A DNA stretch of 52,785 nt, taken from NCBI RefSeq assembly GCF_006345805.1, contig NW_021834611.1:1-52785 (forward strand), read 5' to 3'. Below are positions 1-11,349 of this stretch, piece by piece. How positions within the stretch are numbered: the first letter of the stretch is position 1; every line of letters starts with the position of its first letter. Under the pieces are notes generated by a model. That model did not search any database, had not been told where the DNA came from, and saw only the letters and a list, made by a program, of their open reading frames with translations. A program made the translations under genes and the position numbers. The DNA comes from Octopus sinensis. Lineage: Eukaryota.

Positions 1-210
1 ACTTCTCCAGGTTTAATTTCTTCCCAGGTTTGGTTTTCTTTGTTTCTTCGGGGGCATACAGCTGGTTTCAATTGCCCTAGCAGAAGCGTGAATAATTTCA
101 TTTAACTCAGTAAAATCAGGTTTTAATTCTTGTATTATTTCATTTGTTACATAGTTGCCAATTTTGATTTGTTTTTTATTTTGGTTTGTATTTGAGAGTT
201 TATGAAGTGG
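1..210 (-). mobile_element. 5' end of truncated R4/Dong-like LINE (mirror of 39,155-39,364)
   Basis: Reverse complement of the start of the RLE-type LINE at 39,155; abuts (TAT)n. Confidence 0.8.
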
Positions 211-247
211 TTATTATTATTATTATCATTATTATTATTATCATTAA

Positions 248-331
<84 letters not shown>

Positions 332-1049
332 TATTATTATTATTATTCAGTAGTTTTATTTTTATAGCGTGCTTTCACTTCACTACCGAGTGCAGCTCTG
401 TGTGCCTTGGGTATGTGCTGTGATTTGTTGTGATGCTCTGATGGTTATTGTATGGAAAGTGTTCTGCGTAGGATGTGTGCAGTGCCTAGTAGTGCCATTT
501 TCTGTATGTTATATGTGTTTGTAAGTCCTGGTGTTTTTGTTATGTATTTGTCTGAATATTTTTTTATCATGCCTAATGCACCTACTATGATAGGAATTGT
601 TTCTGTTTTCAGGTTCCACATTCTAGTTACCTCTATTTCCAGGTCTTTGTATTTGAGAGTTTCTCCATTTCTTTTAGAGACACGTTGTCATCTGCCGGTA
701 TTGATACATCAATTAGAAAGCATTTTTTTTCTTCATGATCTCTGACAACTATATCTGGTCTGTTGGCCTTAATTTCTCTATCTGTGTGTATCGGCATATC
801 CCAGAGTATGGTTGCTTTCTCGTTTTCTGTGACCTTTTCTGGTGTGTGCCTATACCATCTTTTTGCTGTTGTTATTCCATAATGTTGGCATAGCTTCCAA
901 TGTATGTAGGTTCCAACTTTGGATTTTTTATTATTATTATTTTATTATTATTATTATTATTATTATATATTATTATTATTATTATCATTATTATTATTAT
1001 TATTTTATTATTATTATGATTATTATTATTATGATTATTATTATTATTA

Positions 1050-1080
<31 letters not shown>

Positions 1081-1085
1081 AATTA

Positions 1086-1121
<36 letters not shown>

Positions 1122-1232
1122 TATTATTATTATCATCATTATTATTATTATCATTAATATTATTATTATTATTATTATTATATTATTATTTTATTATTAT
1201 TATCAATATTATCATTATTATTATTATTATTA

Positions 1233-1272
<40 letters not shown>

Positions 1273-1390
1273 GATTATTATTATTATATTATTATATTAT
1301 CATTATTATTATATTATTATTATTATTTTATTATTATTATTATTATTATATTATTATTATGATTATTATTATGATTATTATTATATTATG

Positions 1391-1428
<38 letters not shown>

Positions 1429-1455
1429 CATTATATTATTATTATCATTATTATA

Positions 1456-1493
<38 letters not shown>

Positions 1494-1573
1494 TTATTAT
1501 TATTATCATTATTATTATATTATTTTATTATTATTATGATTATTATTATTATGATTATTATTATTATTATCAT

Positions 1574-1605
<32 letters not shown>

Positions 1606-1615
1606 ATTATTATTA
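211..1615. repeat. (TAT)n/(ATA)n microsatellite blocks (211-347 and 930-1615) flanking a LINE fragment; mirrored at 37,765-38,449 and 39,031-39,154
   Basis: Direct reading; source of the poly-I/L/Y ORFs. Confidence 0.97.
348..929 (-). mobile_element. 5'-truncated R4/Dong-like non-LTR retrotransposon 3' end (restriction-like endonuclease region + 3' UTR)
   Basis: Mirror of 38,450-39,030, which encodes RPDIVVRDHEEKKCFLIDVSIP...EKLSKYKDL (PD-(D/E)xK RLE motif); embedded in TAA repeats. Confidence 0.85.
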
Positions 1616-2204
1616 CGTTTATATATATGTGGTGCAAGATTTTTATGTGATATCATGTGTTGAAACAGATATTGTTGCATTTCGAAATGGTCATTTTGCC
1701 CGATCGAATAATAAAAACACACGCACTATATATTTGGTGTTACTTTGCTTCAGTGTTATTTATTTTTTACCTTAAACTTAGTCTTATTTCGGCCAGAGTT
1801 CTTTCGTCACACTCCTGTGACCGCATCAGTGGTCCGTTGCTTTCTTCTTTCTTATTGTGTGTCTCTCCTTACTAACGGTCAGCCATTTTGTATTTCCATT
1901 GTCTGTGTCTTCATTTGCGCATGCGTATATCCCTATGTGCGTCTATGTTTAGTTAGTGTGTGTGGGGGGGCGATGCCTGTAATATTTGTATCTTCTGTTT
2001 ATATATTGGCGTGTAAAAATGCAACATATAAGCATTATCGTGTTTCAATTCAAAATTTTGACGTCTCCCAAGGTGAACGTTGGCCTAACTTGGGACATAA
2101 ATTTGATATAGATTCTAATGACGTTTTCTATTCACTATTTCACACAGCTGTTGCATAACAAGAGTTTGTAAATATTGAATCAATTCGTATAAATCATTCT
2201 GTTG

Positions 2205-2258
<54 letters not shown>

Positions 2259-2364
2259 CGGGAAGCTTTATGAAAATAGACAAAAGACGAAGGCAGGTGG
2301 AAAACAAACAAACAATTGTATTAGTATGGCGCTCAGGAATATAAATAAAACAAGTCTTTATATA

Positions 2365-2425
<61 letters not shown>

Positions 2426-2514
2426 ATATTATATATATATATATACACGTATATATGTATATATACATATATATAATATTTGTATGTATGTATGGATGGA
2501 TGTATATGTATATG

Positions 2515-2549
<35 letters not shown>

Positions 2550-3037
2550 GTATACATATATATATACATGTACATCCATCTATCCAGCCATACATACATA
2601 CATACATACAGACATACAGACTTATCTTCAGCTCTTGGTGGGCCAAATCGGAAGTGTAATCTCTGTGTGTGTCTTTTCAAAACATTGTCTGGGTAAAAAG
2701 CCACATCAGATGCTATGATTGTTCTAAGGTGCATAAAGAGTAGACACACACACACACACACATACACAAGCGTATATGTATACGTGTATATATATATATA
2801 TATATATAATATATATATATATATTATATATATACACACATGTGTATCTTTAAATGAATGCGCGAGCATGTGTGTAAATATAAAAAGAAAGACGTGAGGA
2901 GTGCAAATTCAGAAAAACCAGAGGAAACGACAGCTCGAGTAAGGACTGTTTAAATCTGTCCACTGAATAACTACCACTACACAACCATCATCAACCAGTT
3001 TCAACTTTGCACCTGAGAAAGTCTACTGAGCTCTTTG

Positions 3038-3045
3038 TATAAATA
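3038..3045 (+). promoter_or_regulatory. Candidate TATA box (TATAAATA) for peptide gene copy 1; possible non-coding exon ending at donor GTATGT 3,125
   Basis: Motif is conserved in arm A' (36,287-36,294, minus) and in an older diverged copy (45,113-45,120, minus). No transcript evidence. Confidence 0.35.
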
Positions 3046-3599
3046 CCGTTGGAATCTAACAAGTATGTAAACATTTAAATTATTCATTGTGGCTGTTTGT
3101 GATTAAGTAATAGCAATAGACAGAGTATGTTATGGTAATGATGATGGTGGTAGTGGTAGAGCTTAAGCCGTTTGTAATTGCCGTATGTTTACCAATGCAT
3201 AACATTCTTCTGGTATAAGTTGTATACCTGGAGTACCTGTTCATCGATTTCTTTGCCTAGTTCTTCCTTGCCGAGATTAGTAGCTGAATAGATAAAAGAA
3301 ATTAGAGAGGCCGTTAATTAAAACTCATACGTAATATTATGCTCTTTCAGATAGTGCTGTATTTCAGAAAAGGTCGATTGCCTAAGTTTGTGTGCGCGGA
3401 TCAAATGACACATGTGTTTAACAGCAAACAATTATGTTTACTCAGGTATGGTGTTAGATACTGCCGGTGCAACACGTTAATCAAATATGCAGTGAAATGT
3501 GCAGCAAAGACTGATTTTGGTTATAGAAAATAGAGAAAAAATACTTTTGACAGTGTACAATTCACAAAGAACATTCTGTCAAATGCAAAGTGACAAGCC

Positions 3600-4164
3600 T
3601 GTAACGTTTTATGTGAATATCTTCTCTGCACTGTTTGGGGTGCAAGAAGCAATCACTTTCCGTTGCTTTAATAATCCAGAATTCTACCAGTCAAAGAAAC
3701 ACAAAACGCAGACGTAAAAAATAGATATACTTTATTGTTTTATACCGGTGAGAAATCAGTGGTATATCTGATATCCTTGGTTCTGGGCGCGCAAGGCTGA
3801 AAGTTAATCTCTTGTAAGGTTACAATGTTCAGCCGCTAAAAACAGAACGGGTTAAAGATGGCGGCGGAAAATGAAGACGACGTTGTCTGCAACAATTTGG
3901 TAAAAAACCTTCGGCCGACTGCTATCAAAGCTGGAACGAGAGAAATATACGTCTGCTGGTATCAAAGGCCTTCTGCTGTCTCTGCTGTCTCTGATGGACG
4001 CTGATGGTCAAGGTTTTTGCGTTCCCTTGCCTCTTTTCTAAGGGTCGCTTTTCCTAGCCAATCAGCTAATTCCACGATAGCAATATTCCCTCTTCTGTTG
4101 ATGTAAACACGCGCGAATCAGAAAAGGGCGTTGCGCGCGCGCGCTGTTGTATAGCGTCACTACA
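3600..4164 (-). repeat. 3' LTR of Gypsy element
   Basis: TGTAACG...TCACTACA on the + strand; only 2 mismatches found vs 8,708-9,272. Confidence 0.97.
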
Positions 4165-4176
4165 AAGGCTCCCCCA
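4165..4176 (-). other. Polypurine tract (GGGGGAG) preceding 3' LTR
   Basis: Minus strand reads tgggggagcctt directly before TGTAGTGA. Confidence 0.75.
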
Positions 4177-4348
4177 CAAGTGCGTATGCACGAAGCAAAC
4201 GTCTTGTAGTGACTGCAAAACTCAAGGTGGATACCAGAAAACCAAAATAGCACACAATATAATACATTAAAACAACAAGAGAAAAAATACTCAAAATGAG
4301 CAAAGTTCAATGAGTATTGAACTGTCACTGGGAAGTCAATTGAAAATG

Positions 4349-5671
4349 TCAAATATAAATAGTTTTGGAAAGTTTTTTCGGCCAGTGAACAGTTCTGCCT
4401 GACCTCGTAACATAAGGTCTGTTCGAGGCAGGCTGCGACGACGAAGGTGGTGTTGTCGATGTTGGTGTTGATAATGGTGCATGTGTAAATAGTGGTGTTG
4501 TCAAAGGTGCATGTGAAGGTTCAACGATGGCTGTGGCAGTGGGGTCATTAAAAGATGTGGACACCTCAAAATATGCCCTTTTAAGACGATCTACGGAGAC
4601 GGTCTCCGAACGACCGTTAATTTCAAGTTTGAATACCTTCGGCGTGCGAGAAATCACACGAAAATGTCCTTTATAAGGAGAAACAAGAGGTCCTTTGACA
4701 GAATCATCACGAATAAAAACATGCGTCCAAGAATTAAGGTCTGATGGCACACTAGAAGGAGGATTTTGGTGTCGAGGGTCCATAGGAGGAAGGGCAGAAA
4801 AATATCTGCGTAATCGAGCAACATAAGACTCTAAATTAAGAGACTGTGACTTGTCTGGCACCAACATCGTACCAGGCAATGCCAGTGTGGTACCATACAA
4901 GAGCTCGGCAGACGAAAAACCAAGGTCTGCTTTAATCGCAGTCCGACATCCAAGCAGGACGATCGGTAGAAATTCAGTCCATGACTGTGGATTCGGCGAG
5001 GCACGCAAAGCGGCCTTAAGTTGCCTATGGAAACGCTCCACCATCCCATTAGAAGCGGGGTGGTAACTTGTGGTGCGTATATGATGCATCCCCAGGATTT
5101 GTGATAACTCACGAAACAATGCAGACTCGAATTGTCGACCACGATCTGTGGTCAAACTGTACGGTACACCATACCTCGAAATCCAATTAGATACGAAAGC
5201 CCTCGCAACAGTTTCAGCTGACATGTCTGCTATAGGAATAGCTTCCGGCCAGCGTGAAAAGCGATCAATACAAGTTAAAATGTATGAGAACCCGCGACTC
5301 ACAGGCCATGGTCCAACCAAATCAAGGTGGATATGGCGAAAACGGGCTTCAGGAGAGGAAAATTGTCCAAGTGGAGCACGAACGTGTCTGTGGACTTTAG
5401 CACTCTGGCACCTCAAACAAGAGCGTGCCCAAGAGGTAATTGATCGTCGCATATTGGGCCAGAAGAACCGAGCAGTAACAAGCTTTACTGTGGCAGAGAT
5501 ACCTGGATGTGACAGTGAATGAAGAGCATCAAACACAGAACGTTGATGTTTCTCAGGTACTAATGGTCTAGGTGAACCGGTAGGAACGTCACAAAGAATA
5601 GAGCCTTCCGCTGTAGGGAGCGGAAGGTAGACAAACTTACAGTTAATAAACTTAGGCGAAGTTAAATCCAA
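4349..5671 (-). pseudogene. pol: Gypsy pol, integrase portion
   Basis: HHCC zinc finger (H-x3-H...C-x2-C), DDE (DLVGP, DRGRQF, VERFH), GPY/F-like PYKGHF; out of frame with the RNase H segment. Confidence 0.93.
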
Positions 5672-5706
5672 CTCCTCTAAAGGTGGTTGGTCCTGCGAAA
5701 TAGCAG

Positions 5707-7229
5707 TTAAATCAATTGCTGCAGGAGAGGAAATGGAATTGACAGGGAGTCTAGAGAGAGCATCTGCCGGATGTTCTCCGTCCCTGGCACATGCCTAATG
5801 TCACTTGTAAATTGAGAAATATAGTCCAGGTGACGGAAAGCACGAGGAGAGAGTTTATCCGTTTTAGAAGATAGTGCAAAAGTAAGGGGCTTGTGATCAG
5901 TATAAATCACAAACTCTCGTCCCTCGAGCTGGTGTTGAAAATGCCGAACTGACAGATAGATCGCTAGTAACTCTCGATCAAAAGTACTATATCTGCGTTC
6001 AGCTGGCTTTAGCTGACAAGAAAAGAAAGCTAAAGGTTTAACTTCACCCTCTACGGTGTGCTGCAAAACAGCGCCAATTGCAGACTCTGATGCGTCCACA
6101 GATAAAGTAAGTGGAGCATTAGGAGCCGGATGTGCCAAAATAGGGACTGAAGCTAGTTCCTTTTTAACCAACTCAAAGGCAGACAGTGCTTCAGCCGAAA
6201 GAGTAAGACGGGCGTCCTTTTTAGAATTGCCCTTTAGCATCTGTGTTAAAGGTAACAACTTGTCCGCACACCGATCTATGAAACGTCTATAGAAATTTAC
6301 TATGCCTAAAAAATGGCGAAGTTGACGCAAAGAAGAAGGTGGTGCGATGCGCTGAATAGCATCGACTTTGGATGAGAGTGGTTTGATCCCTCTCGAGTCA
6401 ATATAATGACCGAGAAAATTAAGAGATGGTTGCCCAAAAACACACTTGTCTGGATTAATGCGAACACCATAGTCGCGAAGACGCTGAAAAAGCTGAGACA
6501 AGTGCAGGAGATGATTTTCATGCGTATCACTTGCGATTAGAATATCATCGACATACGCGAACACAAAATCAAGTCCGCGAACAACTTCATCTATAAACCG
6601 TTGGAAAGTACTAGTGGCATTCCTCAAACCAAAACTCATAAATAAAAATTCGAAACAGCCAAAAGGAGTAGTAATTGCTGTTTTAGGAATATCGTCTGAG
6701 TTGACCGGTATTTGATGGTAGGCACGTATGAGGTCAACCTTAGAAAAATAGTACAGCCATGTAAATTTGCCGAAAAATCGTTTAAAATCCTTATGGAATA
6801 TTTGTCCGGAATCGTCACCGAATTTAGACGCCGATAATCTCCCACCGGGCGAAAATCTGTATCCCCTTTTCTTACTAAATGAAGGGGAGATGCCCATGGA
6901 CTGGTGGAGGGGCGTATCAGACCGAGCTGGAGCATATGCTCAAACTCAGCCCTAGCAGTTTTAAGTCGATCAGGTGCAAGACGCCTTGGACGTGAAAAAA
7001 CAGGAGGTCCAGTTGTTGTTATAAAGTGTCGTGTCGAGTGTAATGGCTTAGCCACCCTAAAGGTAACATCATATAGCTCTGGAAAAGAAGCTAAAAGAGA
7101 GTGAAAAACATCTCCAGATGTACCGACAAAAAATGTCGGGCTAAGAGCTAAATTGGTAGATTCTCCGGTCGGCGTGGAGAGTGTAGTCGAACTATCGACC
7201 AACCTCCGACGTCTGACATCTACCAACAA
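5707..7229 (-). pseudogene. pol: Gypsy pol, reverse transcriptase + RNase H (split across frames 6636..7229 and 5707..6897)
   Basis: [46 protein letters not shown]. Confidence 0.94.
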
Positions 7230-7558
7230 ATCAATTTATCCAGAAAATCCGCACCTAAAATAGGATGCGGAATGTCGGCAATGACAAAAACCCATTGAAA
7301 GTCTCGACGAAGATTAATATCAAGGCGTAACGAGATCTGACCGAATGTGGCTATTGGTGACGAGTCAATAGCGTGCAAGATGACGTTAGATCGTTTTGGC
7401 CTGTCGGTTGTGCAACGCAGTGGCCAAATACTGCAACAAGAACCAGTCTCCACCATGAAGTTTTTCTTCGACACTAGATCCTTAACAAAGAATGCACGAT
7501 AACTAGACAATGTTGTGGAGGAAGTTGACGTGCTCAAATTCTCCGAATCTAGTTTAAA
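7220..7558 (-). pseudogene. pol: Gypsy aspartic protease, -1 frame relative to gag; catalytic motif reads ETG instead of DTG
   Basis: FMVETGSCCSIWP...ILGADFL. Confidence 0.88.
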
Positions 7559-8256
7559 GACTTATAAGTGCATGGCTGTATGCACCTATGTGCATTCTCT
7601 CCATACTTGGAGTGGTACCAACACAGTCCAGACTTAGACTGTGTTGATCTCGAGGATGAACGACTGCGACTCCGCGATTTTGAAGATCGCTTACCATCGC
7701 GACACATCGCGTCCATCCTTTTAGTGAGGGTTTCTATTAGTTTAGAAAGCCCCTCAATTGAGGCCGAAGAAGTTTGTGAACAGGCACAAGCAGACCGTGA
7801 CGATGGTTGAACGGCAAATTCAACCATCTTATCAGCCATCGTTGCTATTTGGTCCACTGTATTTGTCTCTAAGCCGGTTGCCAAAACGGTCTGTATATAG
7901 GCGGACAACCTCGAAAAAAAATCTTCCGAATTACCACTTAACTCCCTCAGTCTTCGTAAGAATTCTGACGGAGTCCTATCTCCCAGTTGCTCATCTGCCA
8001 TTAATTCGTTGAAACGACTTTCCTCGCTTCGTGTATTTCTTTTCTCTACCTCTAATTTAACAGACGCATAAGTAGCGCCTGGACTAGGGTCTGTGATAAG
8101 GTCTCTTGCTGTAGATGCCAGTTGAGGCGGCATGCAACCATAAAGGATTTGCAACTGCTGCTCGGGAGTGATACTTTGTGCACGAAATTGTGCCTCTAAC
8201 TGTGAAAACCACAGTGTGGCATCACCTGTAAAAGTAGGTAACGAACCCATAGACAT
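7549..8256 (-). CDS. gag: Gypsy Gag (235 aa) with C-terminal CHCC zinc knuckle
   Basis: LWFSQLEAQF, LGDRTPSEFLRRL, CWYHSKYGENAHRCIQPC. Confidence 0.92.
   Translation of the reverse strand: MSMGSLPTFTGDATLWFSQLEAQFRAQSITPEQQLQILYGCMPPQLASTARDLITDPSPGATYASVKLEVEKRNTRSEESRFNELMADEQLGDRTPSEFLRRLRELSGNSEDFFSRLSAYIQTVLATGLETNTVDQIATMADKMVEFAVQPSSRSACACSQTSSASIEGLSKLIETLTKRMDAMCRDGKRSSKSRSRSRSSSRSTQSKSGLCWYHSKYGENAHRCIQPCTYKSLN
7552..7558 (-). promoter_or_regulatory. -1 ribosomal frameshift heptamer T TTA AAC at the gag/pol junction
   Basis: Gag frame reads TCT TTA AAC TAG; the -1 frame reads TTT AAA CTA GAT and continues open into the protease. Confidence 0.8.
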
Positions 8257-8693
8257 TTTGTAGCCTTTTATTCACTAGATGACTCTCTCAAATGGAAAAA
8301 ACAAAACTGACAACGAACTAACGCTGAACAGACGCAACAAGGAAAAAACAAAGGGAAAAAGAAAGGAAGAAAGAAAGAAAGAAAGAAAGACCAACAATTG
8401 AACCAATAAATTTTGAATGTGCAATTTACAAAAAAAAAAAAAATGTTTTTTTTCTTTTGTTTTCTTTTGATTGTACTGTGTGCACAGAGAATAGAAAAAT
8501 TCTTTCTTTTTTGTTTTACCAACCTTCGTCGCGTTTTAATCGAGAAAAAAAAATTTCTTCTCTTTTTTTCTTCCGTGCGTGAGTGCAGATGAAGAAACAA
8601 ACTGTTGAAAGTGACTGGAAAACAGGTTGGTCGTGTTTCAGACTTGGCAGAAAAACTGGATTTTTTTCTTTTTGTTGAGTGTTCTCTGGAACT

Positions 8694-8706
8694 TCGGGGA
8701 TCACCA
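8694..8706 (-). other. Primer binding site, tRNA-Trp-like (TGGTGATCCCCGA)
   Basis: 1 nt from the 5' LTR. Equals the complement of the eukaryotic tRNA-Trp 3' end (TGGTGACCCCGA) with one extra T. Confidence 0.8.
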
Positions 8707-8707
8707 C

Positions 8708-9272
8708 TGTAACGTTTTGTGTGAATATCTTCTCTGCACTGTTTGGGGTGCAAGAAGCAATCACTTTCCGTTGCTTTAATAATCCAGAATTCTACCAGTC
8801 AAAGAAACACAAAACGCAGACGTAAAAAATAGATATACTTTATTGTTTTATACCGGTGAGAAATCAGTGGTATATCTGATATCCTTGGTTCTGGGCGCGC
8901 AAGGCTGAAAGTTAATCTCTTGTAAGGTTACAATGTTCAGCCGCTAAAAACAGAACGGGTTAAAGATGGCGGCGGAAAATGAAGACGACGTTGTCTGCAA
9001 CAATTTGGTAAAAAACCTTCGGCCGACTGCTATCAAAGCTGGAACGAGAGAAATATACGTCTGCTGGTATCAAAGGCCTTCTGCTGTCTCTGCTGTCTCT
9101 GCTGGACGCTGATGGTCAAGGTTTTTGCGTTCCCTTGCCTCTTTTCTAAGGGTCGCTTTTCCTAGCCAATCAGCTAATTCCACGATAGCAATATTCCCTC
9201 TTCTGTTGATGTAAACACGCGCGAATCAGAAAAGGGCGTTGCGCGCGCGCGCTGTTGTATAGCGTCACTACA
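8708..9272 (-). repeat. 5' LTR of Gypsy element
   Basis: Direct repeat of 3,600-4,164. Confidence 0.97.
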
Positions 9273-9610
9273 AGCCTTACATATTTGTTTGCGACAGAAA
9301 TAATAATAATATAGAAGTCAGAAAACCTTGAAGTAAGAACATTCATTCAGTGTTAACAGTATGGAGAATGTTTACGGACAAACGCTTCGAAGGCGTCATC
9401 TTCATCAAAATATATACTTAGATTCGTATTTTTGGTGCAATTAAATTAGCTATATTACTAATTGTTTAAATGGTAAATTTTGGATTTTCAGAACAGCTAA
9501 AAGATAATTGTTACCTAAACTTCAGCTGTAGACTTCTGCTTCTTTGTAAGAAAAAAATGCTTTTCTATTAATGACTCTCACTGCTATATTTGTCTATCAT
9601 CAGGTGCGTG

Positions 9611-9674
9611 ATGAAAGGCATCAGTGTCCTATTGTTTTGTGTATTCATTTCATACACCTTCTCGGTTAAACAAA
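9611..9674 (+). CDS. Cys-rich secreted peptide, copy 1, coding exon 1 (signal peptide MKGISVLLFCVFISYTFSVKQ)
   Basis: Upstream acceptor ctatcatcag|; ATG 9,611; hydrophobic h-region; phase-1 donor GTAAGT at 9,675; 64/64 nt identical to 35,334-35,397. Confidence 0.85.
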
Positions 9675-10321
9675 GTAAGTATAATTGTAAAATTCTTTTA
9701 TTTTATAATAATTTGAAATGTAGTGGGGAAAAAAGGGGGAAAACAGAAAGGTGGAAAAGAGGAAAATGAATAACGCTACCTCAGCGGTCTTTCGGTTATA
9801 CTCCATTTATATGTTTTAACAGCTTTTAAATAAATAACTCACTTTTTATATACACTACTCTTAGACCGAGTATACGGATTTACGCTACTTCTATATAATA
9901 TATGACATTTAATTAACAAAATAAACTGACGAATCTTTTATATACAAATCGAGAAGAATTCTAGTGGTGTGCTCTCATCTATTACGCCTTTATTTGATCA
10001 GAACGTAAGCACGAACGAAATTCCTCTGAGCATATTTTGTCGAGCTAACGATTCTTTTCACACACGCCGACGCCTGTAGAATTCTTCATTATTAAAATAA
10101 TTAAGGGAAGAGAATCAGCAAATGATGTATATAATGTTTCATGTGTTGTTTTGTTTGTTTTCTTGCCATTCCTTTTTATTGCTCTTTATTGGTTTTTATC
10201 TCCTTTTGTGTATTAAAAACATCCATCACTACAGAGATGAGCCATATTTAAGTGTATGAGTGAGGAAATTCGAGTTCCGGTCGTCATGATCCTCCATCTT
10301 GTTTCAGATGGTGTTACCATA

Positions 10322-11160
10322 AATACATTCTCCTCTATTCAATGAATTATACATTATCCTCCATTTGATACAACCTCCTCTATTCAATGAATTATACATT
10401 ATCCTCCATTTGATACATTCTTCTCTATTCAATGAATTATACATTATCCTCGATTTGATACATTCTCCTCTATTCAATGAATTATACATAATCCTCCATT
10501 TGATACATTCTCCTCTATTCAATGAATTATACATTATCCTCCATTTGATACATTCTCCTCTATTCAATGAATCATACATTATCCTCCATTTGATACATTC
10601 TCCTCTATTCAATGAATTATACATTATCCTCCATTTGATACATTCTCCTCTATTCAATGAATTATACATTATCCTTCATTTGATACATTCTCCTCTATTC
10701 AATGAATTATACATTATCCTCCATTTGATACATTCTCCTCTATTCAATGAATTATACATTATCCTCCATTTGATACATTCTCCTCTATTCAATGAATTAT
10801 ACATTATCCTCCATTTGATACATTCTCCTCTATTCAATGAATTATACATTATCCTCCATTTGATACATTCTCCTCTATTCAATGAATTATACATTATCCT
10901 CTATTTGATACATTCTCCTCTATTCAATGAATCATACATTATCCTCCATTTGATACATTCTCCTCTATTAAATGAATTATACATTATCCTCCATTTGATA
11001 CATTCTCCTCTATTCAATGAATTATACATTATCCTCCATTTGATACATTCTCCTCTATTCAATGAATTATACATTATCCTCCATTTGATACATTCTCCTC
11101 TATTCAATGAATTATACATTATCCTCCATTTGATACATTCTCCTCTATTCAATGAATTAC
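10322..11160. repeat. 45-bp minisatellite, ~18.6 copies, in intron 1 of peptide gene copy 1
   Basis: Unit tgatacattctcctctattcaatgaattatacattatcctccatt; 15-aa periodicity in the ORF track. Confidence 0.97.
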
Positions 11161-11256
11161 CTGTTGAGTACTTCATGGGTATTTTGTGTATTTCCACACG
11201 AAATATCGGTAAATGGATATTTACTTCTTCCATATATATTTTAATATCTCTTTTAG

Positions 11257-11305
11257 ATGTCGCTCCCTTCCATCAAGAGACAGGTTTGAGTAGAGAGAAG
11301 GAAAG
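11257..11305 (+). CDS. Cys-rich secreted peptide, copy 1, coding exon 2 (pro-region (N)VAPFHQETGLSREKE)
   Basis: tctcttttAG| acceptor, |GTAAGA donor, 49 nt, phase 1 to phase 2, compatible with exons 1 and 3. Confidence 0.82.
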
Positions 11306-11349
11306 GTAAGAACAACAAATGTACGTCTCATACAAATGTAATTAATTTA

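Larger units (their letters stand above)
3600..9272 (-). mobile_element. Full-length Ty3/Gypsy LTR retrotransposon, CsRn1/Kabuki-like clade
   Basis: Two 565-bp TG...CA LTRs; 4-bp TSD AGCC (3,596-3,599 / 9,273-9,276); gag-PR-RT-RNaseH-IN order; Gag CHCC motif CX2HX9CX3C; tRNA-Trp-like PBS; absent from arm A' (empty site ~35,725-35,735). Confidence 0.97.

Noticed and set aside
202-2897. Poly-I/L/Y and YI/YV-repeat ORFs (also ~17.2-18.1, 23.6-24.3, 36.4-39.2 and 44.5-46.0 kb)
   Set aside because: Translations of stop-free (TAT)n, (TA)n and (CA)n microsatellites; no coding signal
4831-8012. Small + strand and alternate-frame ORFs within the Gypsy element
   Set aside because: Antisense or shadow ORFs of gag-pol with no recognisable motifs
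10300-10345. Alternative acceptor tttcag|atggtg in intron 1
   Set aside because: In the required phase it hits a stop (TGA) within 12 codons
10304-11309. 314-aa repeat ORF and the antisense MYNSLNRGECIKWRI ORFs; also a possible CRISPR-like array
   Set aside because: A 45-bp unit (a multiple of 3) gives open frames by chance. Units are contiguous without unique spacers, there are no cas genes, and the context is a eukaryotic intron.
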